A stretch of 64,000 nt of DNA, taken from Parasutterella excrementihominis. GTDB lineage: Bacteria; Bacillota_I; Bacilli_A; RFN20; CAG-826. The position numbers and the translations under genes were made by a program. The stretch lies in contig CAVECL010000003.1 of NCBI GenBank assembly GCA_963614595.1, positions 4,125 to 68,124 on the forward strand. The letters run 5' to 3'. The stretch's first letter is position 1, and every line of letters begins with the position of its first letter. Of this stretch, positions 54,603-62,917 are shown one piece after another. The notes beneath the pieces are model-generated. The model saw only the letters and a list, made by a program, of their open reading frames with translations. It had not been told where the DNA came from and made no database searches.

Positions 54603-56444
54603 TTACTTCTTGCTGTCGGTGAAGTCGGCATCCACCACATCGTCTGCGGTCTCGTTGCCTTCGCCGCCGGCGTTTCCGCCATTCGCGCTTGCGCCTGCAT
54701 TGGCGCCGGCCTGGTTTTGATAAGCGCCGGCCTGGGCCGCCGCATCTTCGAGCTTGCCGACGATTTCGCGGAGCTTGTTGATGTCATTAGCCTGAATCGC
54801 GCCGCTGGCCTCGTCGCGGAGCTTGGTGAGCTGATCCTTCTGCTCAGGGGAGAGCTTATCGCCTTGCTCGGTGAGGGTCGAATTGATCTGGTCGACGTAG
54901 CTTTGGGCCTTGTTCTTGACTTCGATGTCGTCTTTTCTCTTCTGGTCGGCTTCCTTGTTGGCCTCAGCCTCTTTCACCATGCGGTCGATATCGGCCTGAG
55001 AGAGGCCGTTGGAGCCAGAGATGGTGATGTCCTGAGATTGATGGCTGTCGAGGTCTTCGGCGCTGACTTTGACGATGCCGTTGACGTCGATTGAGAAGGT
55101 GACCTGGATGCGCGGCTGCCCCCTGCGGGCCGGACGGATGCCGGAAAGGGTGAAGTGGCCGAGCAATTTGTTGTCGTGGGCCATCGGCCGCTCGCCTTGG
55201 TAGACCATGATGTCGACGGCCGGCTGATTGTCTTCGGCGGTCGAGAAGATCTGGCTTTTGGTGGTCGGGATGGTCGTGTTGCGCGGGATGAGGGGAGTCA
55301 AGACTCCGCCGAGGGTCTCGATGCCGAGAGTGAGCGGGGTGACGTCGAGAAGGACGACGTCCTTGACGTCTCCCGCGATGACCGCGCCTTGGATGGCGGC
55401 GCCAGCGGAGACGGCTTCGTCGGGGTTGACGGAGAGGTTCAGCTTCTTGCCGGTGATCTTCGCGACGAGTTCCTGGACCGCCGGCATGCGGATGGAGCCG
55501 CCGATCATGAGGACATCGCCGATGTCGTTGTAGGTGAGGCCGCTGTCCTGCATCGCTTTCTCAAGCGGCACGCGGCAGCGCTCCAGCAAGGAACGGGTGA
55601 GGTCTTGGAACTTGGCTCTTGTGAGCGTGGTCTCAAAGTTGATCGGGCCGTTGCTGCTCATGCCGATGAACGGAAGGGAGATGGTCGTCTGAAGGGAGCT
55701 GGAGAGTTCGATCTTCGCTCTTTCGGCCGCGTCGAGGAAACGCTGACGGGCCATCTTGTCGGTGAGATCGGCGCCGGTCTCGATCTTGATCTGAGCCTGA
55801 ATCCAATCCGCGACCATGTGATCCCAGTCATCGCCGCCGAGGTGGGTGTCGCCGTTGGTGGATAAAACCTGGAAGGTGCCATCGCCAATATCGAGGATTG
55901 AGACATCAAGCGTGCCTCCGCCGAGGTCGAAGACGAGGACTTTCTCGGACTTGTTGCTCTCTAAGCCGAAGGCAAGGCAAGCCGCGGTCGGCTCATTGAT
56001 GATGCGCACGACGTCAAGCCCCGCGATCGTGCCGGCGTCTTTGGTGGCCTGGCGCTGGGCGTCATTGAAGTAGGCCGGGACTGTGATGACGGCCTTTTTG
56101 ACGGGCTGGCCGAGGTTTTTCTCGGCGTAGGTCTTCATGTAAGAAAGGACTTTCGAGCTGATTTCCTGCGGGGTGAAGTCCTTGTTCAAGCAATTGATGT
56201 GGAATTTGTCGGAAGTGCCGATGTGGCGCTTTGCGCTGGAGACGGTGTCGGGGTTGGTGATCGCCTGACGCTTCGCGGCGTTGCCCACGATCTCCTCGCC
56301 GTCCCCTTTGAAGGCGACGACGGAGGGGGTGGTATTGGTTCCTTCCGGGTTCGGGATGACTTTGACTTTGCCATCGGCCTGCATGACGCTGATAACTGAG
56401 TTTGTCGTGCCGAGGTCGATGCCGACGATGATTTCTTTTGCCAT
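54603..56444 (-). CDS. dnaK: Molecular chaperone DnaK (Hsp70)
   Basis: [23 protein letters not shown] and the standard Hsp70 layout, 613 aa. Confidence 0.97.
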   Translation of the reverse strand: MAKEIIVGIDLGTTNSVISVMQADGKVKVIPNPEGTNTTPSVVAFKGDGEEIVGNAAKRQAITNPDTVSSAKRHIGTSDKFHINCLNKDFTPQEISSKVLSYMKTYAEKNLGQPVKKAVITVPAYFNDAQRQATKDAGTIAGLDVVRIINEPTAACLAFGLESNKSEKVLVFDLGGGTLDVSILDIGDGTFQVLSTNGDTHLGGDDWDHMVADWIQAQIKIETGADLTDKMARQRFLDAAERAKIELSSSLQTTISLPFIGMSSNGPINFETTLTRAKFQDLTRSLLERCRVPLEKAMQDSGLTYNDIGDVLMIGGSIRMPAVQELVAKITGKKLNLSVNPDEAVSAGAAIQGAVIAGDVKDVVLLDVTPLTLGIETLGGVLTPLIPRNTTIPTTKSQIFSTAEDNQPAVDIMVYQGERPMAHDNKLLGHFTLSGIRPARRGQPRIQVTFSIDVNGIVKVSAEDLDSHQSQDITISGSNGLSQADIDRMVKEAEANKEADQKRKDDIEVKNKAQSYVDQINSTLTEQGDKLSPEQKDQLTKLRDEASGAIQANDINKLREIVGKLEDAAAQAGAYQNQAGANAGASANGGNAGGEGNETADDVVDADFTDSKK

Positions 56445-56460
56445 AATGTTTTATTCTCCT

Positions 56461-57105
56461 TTAGGCGGCGTGGCCGTCATTCTCTGCCTTTGGGGCAGGT
56501 TCTTCTTTCTTTTCTTTTTTGCTGACCGCGACCATCGCTGGGCGGATGAGGCGGTCATGCAGCTTATAACCGGCGCTATAGACCTTGATGACGGTGTTCT
56601 CGGGGAGGTCGTTGTTGACCTCGCTGTCCACCGCATGCATGTAGGCGATGTCATAAGGCTCGTTGAGCTTGGGGGTAAGCTCGCTCACCCCCTCTTCTTC
56701 CAAGGCGCCTTGAAGCTGCTTGTAGATGTATTGGAAGCCGACTTGATAGTTCTTCGCTTCGGGGCTAGAGGGAGTGGCGACTAGGGCCATGCGGAAGGCA
56801 TCAAGGGCGGGGAGCAGCTTCTCTAAGAAGCCTTCGGAGCGGTAGCGGAGCGCGGTGCGCTTTTCTTCCTCCAGGGACTTCCTTAGGTTCGACATATCCG
56901 CGTAGGCGCGGTAATATTCGTTCTTCCAGTGATCTCTGTCGGCGCTGGCTTTCTCCGCTTCCTCAAGGGCTTTCTGATATTTCTCTTTGGAGACTTTCTT
57001 GCCGGAGAAGAGCCCCCCTTCTTCTTTCTCTGCGTTTACATTGTTTTCTTCTTGCTCGGTTTGGCTGGCTCCGTTTTGGGGCTGCTCTTGCTTTTCTTCG
57101 GGCAT
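56461..57105 (-). CDS. grpE: Nucleotide exchange factor GrpE
   Basis: Coiled-coil region and a C-terminal GrpE beta domain (YDIAYMHAV...VYSAGYKLHDRLIRPAMVAVS). GAAAGGAGAG RBS 5 nt upstream. The start lies 70 nt inside the hrcA ORF. Confidence 0.92.
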   Translation of the reverse strand: MPEEKQEQPQNGASQTEQEENNVNAEKEEGGLFSGKKVSKEKYQKALEEAEKASADRDHWKNEYYRAYADMSNLRKSLEEEKRTALRYRSEGFLEKLLPALDAFRMALVATPSSPEAKNYQVGFQYIYKQLQGALEEEGVSELTPKLNEPYDIAYMHAVDSEVNNDLPENTVIKVYSAGYKLHDRLIRPAMVAVSKKEKKEEPAPKAENDGHAA

Positions 57106-58130
57106 GTTTTCTCTCCTTTCGCACCGCTCTTCTCGGCGAAGTAATCGTCGAGGGATTGGGTGACGTAATTCAGGGTGGACATGATTTTCTCATAATCCAT
57201 CCGCGTGGGGCCTAGGAGGCTGATCGAGGTCTTCTCCTGGCCGGGGATCTGGATGTCGGCGGTGATGACCGCGACGTCTTCTAGCCCCTCTTGGCCGGAG
57301 CCGAAGTTGACTTTGGCTCCCTCCCCTTCCCCGCTCACCGCCTGGCGCATGGCCTCGGGGTTATCGAGCAGTTTGAGGATTTTCTTGAGCTTCTTCGCGT
57401 CCTCGGCGAACTCAGGGTGATCGAGGAGGTTCTCCTTGCCGTATAGGCTCACCCTTTCGCCGGCGAACTGGACGAAGGCTTGAAGCAGGGCCTGATAGAT
57501 GACGTCCTGCCCCACCATATAGTCAGTGACGGCGGGCTTCATGGCCTCCATCTTGGCGACGAGGTCGCTCACGGGCGTGCCGACGAGGCGCTGGTTGAGC
57601 AGCTCCACCGTCTTCTTCACGTCCTCCGGCGAGATCGAGCCATCGATCACGAAGGTCTTGTTCTCGACGTATCCGGCGTCGGTGACGAAGACCGCGGTCG
57701 CGGTGTTCGGCCCGATGGGGATGAGCTGGATCGAGACGAGTTTCTCGTGATTGACCTTCGGCCCGAGGACCCCTACGGCGAGATTGGTCATGTTGGAGAG
57801 GATCTCGCAGGAGCGCGAGATGACTTCCTCCACCGACTGCGCCTTCTTGTCGAGGACCGACTGGATGGCGTATTTCACCGTGGAATCCACCCGCTCTTCG
57901 CGCAGATGCTCCACGTAGTACTCATAGCCTTTGCTGGAGGGGACCCTGCCGGAAGAGGTGTGGGTCTTCTCGAGGAAGCCATCCTTCTCCAAGGCGCTCA
58001 TCTCGCTGCGGATGGTCGCGGAGCTCACGTCGAGGTGATAGGTATCAAGAAGCGTTTTGCTCCCCACGGGCTCAGCCGTGCGGATGAAGTGTTCGACGAT
58101 CAGTTTCAGAATTTGCTCGCTGCGCGTCAT
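57036..58130 (-). CDS. hrcA: Heat-inducible transcription repressor HrcA
   Basis: MTRSEQILKLIVEHFIRTAEPVGSKTLL and EKDGFLEKTHTSSGRVPS. CIRCE operators are upstream. The Lys-rich C-terminal tail is encoded in the overlap with grpE. Confidence 0.92.
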   Translation of the reverse strand: MTRSEQILKLIVEHFIRTAEPVGSKTLLDTYHLDVSSATIRSEMSALEKDGFLEKTHTSSGRVPSSKGYEYYVEHLREERVDSTVKYAIQSVLDKKAQSVEEVISRSCEILSNMTNLAVGVLGPKVNHEKLVSIQLIPIGPNTATAVFVTDAGYVENKTFVIDGSISPEDVKKTVELLNQRLVGTPVSDLVAKMEAMKPAVTDYMVGQDVIYQALLQAFVQFAGERVSLYGKENLLDHPEFAEDAKKLKKILKLLDNPEAMRQAVSGEGEGAKVNFGSGQEGLEDVAVITADIQIPGQEKTSISLLGPTRMDYEKIMSTLNYVTQSLDDYFAEKSGAKGEKTCPKKSKSSPKTEPAKPSKKKTM

Positions 58131-58142
58131 AGGATGTCCTTT

Positions 58143-58169
58143 CTAGCAGTCTCTTTCTATGAGTGCTAG
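58143..58169 (-). promoter_or_regulatory. CIRCE operator (HrcA binding site), promoter-proximal copy
   Basis: Minus strand: CTAGCACTC-N9-GACTGCTAG versus consensus TTAGCACTC-N9-GAGTGCTAA (15/18 matches). Lies between the -10 box and the hrcA RBS. Confidence 0.8.
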
Positions 58170-58173
58170 AGAC

Positions 58174-58201
58174 ATTATAGGTAAGGTTTTAGCACTGTCA
58201 A
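58174..58201 (-). promoter_or_regulatory. Consensus sigma-A promoter of the hrcA-grpE-dnaK-dnaJ operon
   Basis: Minus strand: TTGACA (58201-58196), 16-nt spacer, TATAAT (58179-58174). Flanked by two CIRCE-like inverted repeats. Confidence 0.8.
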
Positions 58202-58215
58202 GGAAGAAGTGCCAA
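58189..58215 (-). promoter_or_regulatory. Second, more degenerate CIRCE-like inverted repeat overlapping the -35 box
   Basis: Minus strand: TTGGCACTT-N9-CAGTGCTAA (15/18 matches to the CIRCE consensus). TTGACA spans the spacer/right-arm junction. Confidence 0.6.
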
Positions 58216-58227
58216 TTTTCTTCAAAC

Positions 58228-59307
58228 TCACGAAAATAAGGCCAAAAGCACGTAATCAAGGCATTCGAGGCCGCGGTCAGAAGGGACGATTCTCCCCGCT
58301 TTTTCTTGTAGCAGCCCTTCCCTTTCCATCTTTGAAAGAGGCTTTTGATAGGCAAGGCGGAAATCCTTGCGGAACCTATTCTCGAAGGAAGAGAGGGGGA
58401 AGCCCTCCTCCAAGCGAAGATTCGAAAGAAGGAATTCCTCTTCTCCGCTTGGCTCTTCGCTTTCCCTTAGCCCCAATCCGCGTATATATAAGGATAAGGA
58501 GCGGGTGTTCGCGTAACGCTTGCCGTCAAGAAACCCGCAAGCCCCCAGCCCGATGGCGTAATACTCCTCATCCTTCCAATAGGTCAGGTTGTGCCGGCAT
58601 TCGCGCCCAGGCAAGGCGAAGTTGCTGACCTCGTAACGGTGGTAGCCTGCCTTTCTTAAGCAAGAGAGCACTTCCTCATATTGCTCCCCTTGCTCGTCTT
58701 CGCTCGCCTCCTTCTCCCCTTCCGCTTTGAAAAGCGTCCCGTCCTCGAGGATCAAGGTATAGGCGGAGATATGGGGGACTTTCAAAGAAAGGAAGGCCTC
58801 CTCCTCTTTTTTCAGCTCGTCCAACGTTTCTCCAGGGAGAGAGTAAATCCAATCGACGTTGATGTTGGCTATCCCGTGTTTTCTTAAGGCCAAGACGGCG
58901 TTTTTCGCATCCAGGAAGCTGTGCTTCCTCCCCATGAGGGAAAGGTATTTGTCCAAAGAGGACTCCACTCCTAGGCTCACGCGGTTCACCTTGAAGGAGG
59001 CAAGCAAGGCGATTTTCTCCTCGCTCAAGCTATCGGGGTTCGCCTCGAAAGAGAACTCCCCTCCTTCTTCGAGCAAAGGAGAGAGCTCCTCCAAGAGCTT
59101 TTTCAGCAAAGGGGGAGGGAGGGCGCTAGGCGTGCCTCCGCCGACGTAGATGGTCTTCGCTTTCCTTATCGAATAGGAGTCGAGCTCGGCGAAAAGGGCG
59201 GACATGTATCGTTCCGCCCAATCGTTTCGGTAAAGGACTTTCGGGAAGTCGCAATAGGCGCAGATGCTATGGCAAAAAGGGATGTGGACGTAAAGGGAGG
59301 ACGCCAC
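58228..59307 (-). CDS. hemW: Radical-SAM heme chaperone HemW (HemN-like, oxygen-independent coproporphyrinogen oxidase family)
   Basis: YVHIPFCHSICAYCDF (CxxxCxxC), GGGTPS. Order lepA...hemW-hrcA matches Bacillus. Confidence 0.88.
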   Translation of the reverse strand: MASSLYVHIPFCHSICAYCDFPKVLYRNDWAERYMSALFAELDSYSIRKAKTIYVGGGTPSALPPPLLKKLLEELSPLLEEGGEFSFEANPDSLSEEKIALLASFKVNRVSLGVESSLDKYLSLMGRKHSFLDAKNAVLALRKHGIANINVDWIYSLPGETLDELKKEEEAFLSLKVPHISAYTLILEDGTLFKAEGEKEASEDEQGEQYEEVLSCLRKAGYHRYEVSNFALPGRECRHNLTYWKDEEYYAIGLGACGFLDGKRYANTRSLSLYIRGLGLRESEEPSGEEEFLLSNLRLEEGFPLSSFENRFRKDFRLAYQKPLSKMEREGLLQEKAGRIVPSDRGLECLDYVLLALFS

Positions 59308-59583
59308 TCACTTCTCCTCAGGCTTGTCTTCGCTTTGCTTCTCTTCGCTTTGCTTCTCTTCTTCCACTTTCTCCTGAAGAGGCTCGTCGACGCTCTCCAA
59401 GAGGCGGTCGAGCTCCTCTTTGGCGATTTCCTTGTCGGACTTTGGCTTCTCTTCGTTTTTGAGCCCCGGCACGTGCTTTTTGAGCAGGATTACCAAGAGG
59501 ATCACAAGGCCGAAGAAGGCCACGAGGACGACGATCACGATGATGGGCGCGACCGAATCGAGTGCGGGTAGGTTGAATCTCAT
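59308..59583 (-). CDS. Small membrane-anchored protein with an acidic Glu/Lys-rich tail
   Basis: 91 aa. One TM helix (APIIVIVVLVAFFGLVILLVILL), then the tail ...EEKQSEEKQSEDKPEEK. ATGA overlap with the upstream ORF, and it abuts the hemW start. Confidence 0.55.
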   Translation of the reverse strand: MRFNLPALDSVAPIIVIVVLVAFFGLVILLVILLKKHVPGLKNEEKPKSDKEIAKEELDRLLESVDEPLQEKVEEEKQSEEKQSEDKPEEK

Positions 59584-61010
59584 TTTGTCTCTCCTTGATT
59601 GATGGGCGTGTAGACGAATTTGTTTTTGATTTGCTTCTTCTCGTAGAACCCCAGCTCCGCGAGCCCATCCATCGATGTGCGGGCGGTCTCATAGGCGCAG
59701 CGGGCGGCTTTCTTGAAGTCCTGGATGGTGTAGAAGCGGCCGATGGTGCAATGGGAAGCATAGAAGAGGGCCTGCTTTTTCCTCAGCAAAGGATTGGTCT
59801 CCAGCAAATACTTCGCGGTCTCCTTCACCTCCTTGTCGCTAAGGGAGGGAGAGGGGGAAGCGACCGCGCTCTTGCCTTTGCTCTCCAAGAAGGCCTTCCG
59901 CTCCTCTTCGCTCAGCAAAGGGACTTTCGGAGGCGCTTTCTCCGGGGGCGAGGGGGGAAGGTTCTCTTCTTCGACTTCAAGGGCGGGGGCCTCCTCGATC
60001 TCTTCTTTCGCCTCCTCGACCTCTTCTTTTGGGATCTGCACGAATTCCTTCGCCACGGTCTCCGCTTTCAGCTCGGAAAGGCGCGAAATGGTTTGGTCGA
60101 AGAAGACGCCGAGCCTATCGAAGCAATAGAAAGCGAAGTAGGTCAGATCGCATTCCTTTTGGCTTTCCAAAAGCACGTCTTTGAGCTTATTGCTATTTTG
60201 AAGCAGGGCCTCGAAGGGGAGGTAGCAGGCGCCGCTTATCCCGCCCGAAGAAAGGACCCCCCTGGCGAAAGAGGTCGCGATGAGCTCGTTGTTCTCCTCG
60301 AATGGCTTCACGAAGTAGATGTAATAAAGGCTGAGGACGGCCTTCATCCCAACGGGGTAAGAGGGAGAGGAAAGGAAGGAGAAAAGGCTTTCCATCATCC
60401 CCTCGATCTCCCCGAAAGGGGCGTAGTTGTAATTCCTGTCGACGATCTGGGTCGTGTAGATGGTGCGGAAATCGCTCGTCCGATAGAAAGAAGATACCTC
60501 ATCGTGCCCTAGCAAGGCGAAGCGAAGCTCGCCTAGGCTATCTTCGCTAGGAGCTTGGGGCGTTTTCCGCAGATTCTGATAAAAGCGATGGAGCAAGGCC
60601 TCTTTCTCATTCTCCCCCGGCTTGAAGAAGCCGTTCAGCATGGCTTTGGCGGTGATCTCGGGAAGGGGGCAGGAGATGAGCTTGGCGGCGTCCATCAAAA
60701 CGGAAAGGAGGGCTTCCTTCTCGAAGCTTCTCTCCGCGGAAGGGTTGAGCGAAAGATCCGCTATCGCGTTCGAATAGCCGTCAAGACGCGTTTGGAAAAA
60801 GTCCAGTTTGACCTTCGTGGCCTCGGTTTTGGTGAGAAAGAGGGGGGATCTGCTGGTCCCGATGAGCGGGGTTTTCTCCGCGTTCTCCTTGCGGTACTGG
60901 CGGATCTCCTTGTAGAAATCGTCGATGATGTTGCTTCGCATCGCCACGCGAAGCTCGGAGCGAGTGAGGTAGTTCTCGTCCGTGTATTTGCAGAGGTGCT
61001 TGTTCGCCAT
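59580..61010 (-). CDS. Fic/Fido-fold-like protein with a degenerate active-site motif and a C-terminal winged-helix-like domain
   Basis: The segment FYRTSDFRTIY...YAPFGEIEGMMESLFSFL...GMKAVLSLYYIYFVKPFEENNELIATSFARGVL follows the Fic core pattern. The HPFxxGNGRxxR motif reads KPFEENNELIAT. An acidic/proline linker follows, then a C-terminal TARTSMDGLAELGFYEK wHTH-like end. Confidence 0.5.
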   Translation of the reverse strand: MANKHLCKYTDENYLTRSELRVAMRSNIIDDFYKEIRQYRKENAEKTPLIGTSRSPLFLTKTEATKVKLDFFQTRLDGYSNAIADLSLNPSAERSFEKEALLSVLMDAAKLISCPLPEITAKAMLNGFFKPGENEKEALLHRFYQNLRKTPQAPSEDSLGELRFALLGHDEVSSFYRTSDFRTIYTTQIVDRNYNYAPFGEIEGMMESLFSFLSSPSYPVGMKAVLSLYYIYFVKPFEENNELIATSFARGVLSSGGISGACYLPFEALLQNSNKLKDVLLESQKECDLTYFAFYCFDRLGVFFDQTISRLSELKAETVAKEFVQIPKEEVEEAKEEIEEAPALEVEEENLPPSPPEKAPPKVPLLSEEERKAFLESKGKSAVASPSPSLSDKEVKETAKYLLETNPLLRKKQALFYASHCTIGRFYTIQDFKKAARCAYETARTSMDGLAELGFYEKKQIKNKFVYTPINQGETK

Positions 61011-61051
61011 AGATTTGCTTCGCTTGATTATAAGGCAAAGAAGAAAGAAAA

Positions 61052-61068
61052 AACCAAAAAACTACTAA
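61052..61068 (-). repeat. TTAGTAGTTTTTTRGTW motif copy (lepA|Fic-like junction)
   Basis: Minus strand: TTAGTAGTTTTTTGGTT, about 17 nt after the lepA stop. Confidence 0.7.
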
Positions 61069-61085
61069 TTTCGCAGTTCGAGAAT

Positions 61086-62903
61086 CTATTTCTTCACGTC
61101 GTCGTCGATGGAAAGCACGGACATGAAGGCTTCCTGCGGAACTTCGACGGAGCCGATGGCCTTCATGCGCTTCTTGCCCTCCTTCTGCTTCTCCAGAAGC
61201 TTCTTTTTGCGGGAGATGTCTCCGCCATAGCATTTCGCCAAAACGTCCTTGCGCATGCTCTTGATGTCGGCTCTGGCGATCACTTTGCCCGAGATCGAGG
61301 CCTGGACGGGCACCTCGAACTGCTGCCGGGGGATGATTTCTTTGAGGCGGCTCACCAAGGCTAGGCCCCTCTTATAGGCGTCGGGCCGATAGACGATCGA
61401 GCTGAGCGCGTCGATGACGTCCCCGTTCAGGAGGATGTCCATCTTCGCGAGGTCGCTTTTGCGGTATTCCTTGAACTCATAATCCAAGGAGGCGTACCCC
61501 TTCGTGTAGGATTTGAGCTTGTCGAAGAAGGAATAGATGATCTCCGAGAGAGGAAGGTCGTATTTGACGATGACGCGCGTCTCGTCGAAATACTCGAGAT
61601 CGACGTAGACGCCGCGCTTCCCCTGGCATAATTCCATGATGGGGCCGACGTAATCCTTCGGGGCCATGATGGAGGCTGAGACGAAAGGCTCGTCGATCTC
61701 CCTAATCTTGCTTGGGTCAGGCATCTTGCTTGGGTTATCGATCTCAAGCAGCTTGCCATCGGTCATCTGGATGCGGTAAATGACCGATGGGGCCGTGAGA
61801 ATCAGGTTGAGGTTGTATTCCCTTTCAAGGCGTTCCTGCACGACGTCCATATGAAGAAGGCCCAGGAAGCCGCAGCGGAAGCCAAAGCCCAGGGCTTGAC
61901 TGGTCTCCGGGTCAAAGACCAAGGAGGCGTCGTTCAAAGAGAGCTTCTCGAGCGCGTCTTTGAGGTTGGGGTAATCTTTGCTGTCGACTGGATATAGCCC
62001 GCAATAAACCATCGGGTTGATCCTGCGGTAGCCCGGAAGAGGCTTGGCGGCGGGGTTGCCTTCCAAGGTGATGGTCTCGCCCGGGAAAACGTCATGGATG
62101 TCTTTGATCGTCGCGGTCAGATAGCCGACCTCGCCGCAATCGAGTTGCTTGGCGGGGATCTCTTTCGGCGTGCGGATGCCCACCTCAGTCACCTGGTATA
62201 CTTTCTTCGCCTGCATGAGGCGGATATTGTCCCCTACTTTCACCGAGCCGTTCTTGACGCAGATGAGCGCGACGACGCCGCGGTAAGAGTCGTAATAAGA
62301 ATCGAAAATAAGGGCCTCTAGAGGCGCGTTCGCATCGCCTTTTGGCGCGGGGATGTCTTTCGCGATCTTCTCCAGGACCTCGCCAACTCCCATCCCGGTT
62401 TTCGCCGAGATCAAGCAGGCCTCGCCGCAATCGATGCCGATCCTGTCCTCGATCTCGCGCTTCACCATGTCGGGCATCGCGCTGGGGAGATCGACCTTGT
62501 TGATGATCGGGAGGATGGCGAGGTCATTGTCGACGGCGAGGTAAACGTTGGCCAGAGTCTGCGCCTGCACCCCTTGCGTCGCGTCCACCACAAGAAGCGC
62601 GCCCTCGCAGGCCGCGAGGCTGCGGGATACTTCATAGGAAAAGTCGACGTGCCCCGGGGTGTCGATGAGGTTGTAGATGTAATCCTCCCCGTTGGAGGCG
62701 CGGTATTTCACGGTGACCGCGTTCAGCTTGATGGTGATGCCCCGCTCCCTCTCAAGGTCCATCGAGTCGAGGAGCTGCTCCTTCATGTCGCGCTTATCGA
62801 CGGTGCCGGTGAGTTCCAAAATGCGGTCGGCGAGGGTGCTTTTGCCGTGGTCGATATGGGCGATGATGGAGAAGTTGCGGATGTGTTTCTGATCGAATGG
62901 CAT
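61086..62903 (-). CDS. lepA: Translation elongation factor 4 (LepA)
   Basis: [33 protein letters not shown] and the LepA-specific C-terminal domain. Confidence 0.96.
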   Translation of the reverse strand: MPFDQKHIRNFSIIAHIDHGKSTLADRILELTGTVDKRDMKEQLLDSMDLERERGITIKLNAVTVKYRASNGEDYIYNLIDTPGHVDFSYEVSRSLAACEGALLVVDATQGVQAQTLANVYLAVDNDLAILPIINKVDLPSAMPDMVKREIEDRIGIDCGEACLISAKTGMGVGEVLEKIAKDIPAPKGDANAPLEALIFDSYYDSYRGVVALICVKNGSVKVGDNIRLMQAKKVYQVTEVGIRTPKEIPAKQLDCGEVGYLTATIKDIHDVFPGETITLEGNPAAKPLPGYRRINPMVYCGLYPVDSKDYPNLKDALEKLSLNDASLVFDPETSQALGFGFRCGFLGLLHMDVVQERLEREYNLNLILTAPSVIYRIQMTDGKLLEIDNPSKMPDPSKIREIDEPFVSASIMAPKDYVGPIMELCQGKRGVYVDLEYFDETRVIVKYDLPLSEIIYSFFDKLKSYTKGYASLDYEFKEYRKSDLAKMDILLNGDVIDALSSIVYRPDAYKRGLALVSRLKEIIPRQQFEVPVQASISGKVIARADIKSMRKDVLAKCYGGDISRKKKLLEKQKEGKKRMKAIGSVEVPQEAFMSVLSIDDDVKK

Positions 62904-62917
62904 GCGGTGATTTTACC

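Noticed and set aside
59328-59357. A 15-bp tandem duplication (CTTCGCTTTGCTTCT x2) encoding the EEKQS-EEKQS repeat in the small membrane protein.
   Set aside because: There are only two in-frame copies, which is most simply a slippage duplication in a low-complexity tail. I noted it only as a possible length polymorphism.
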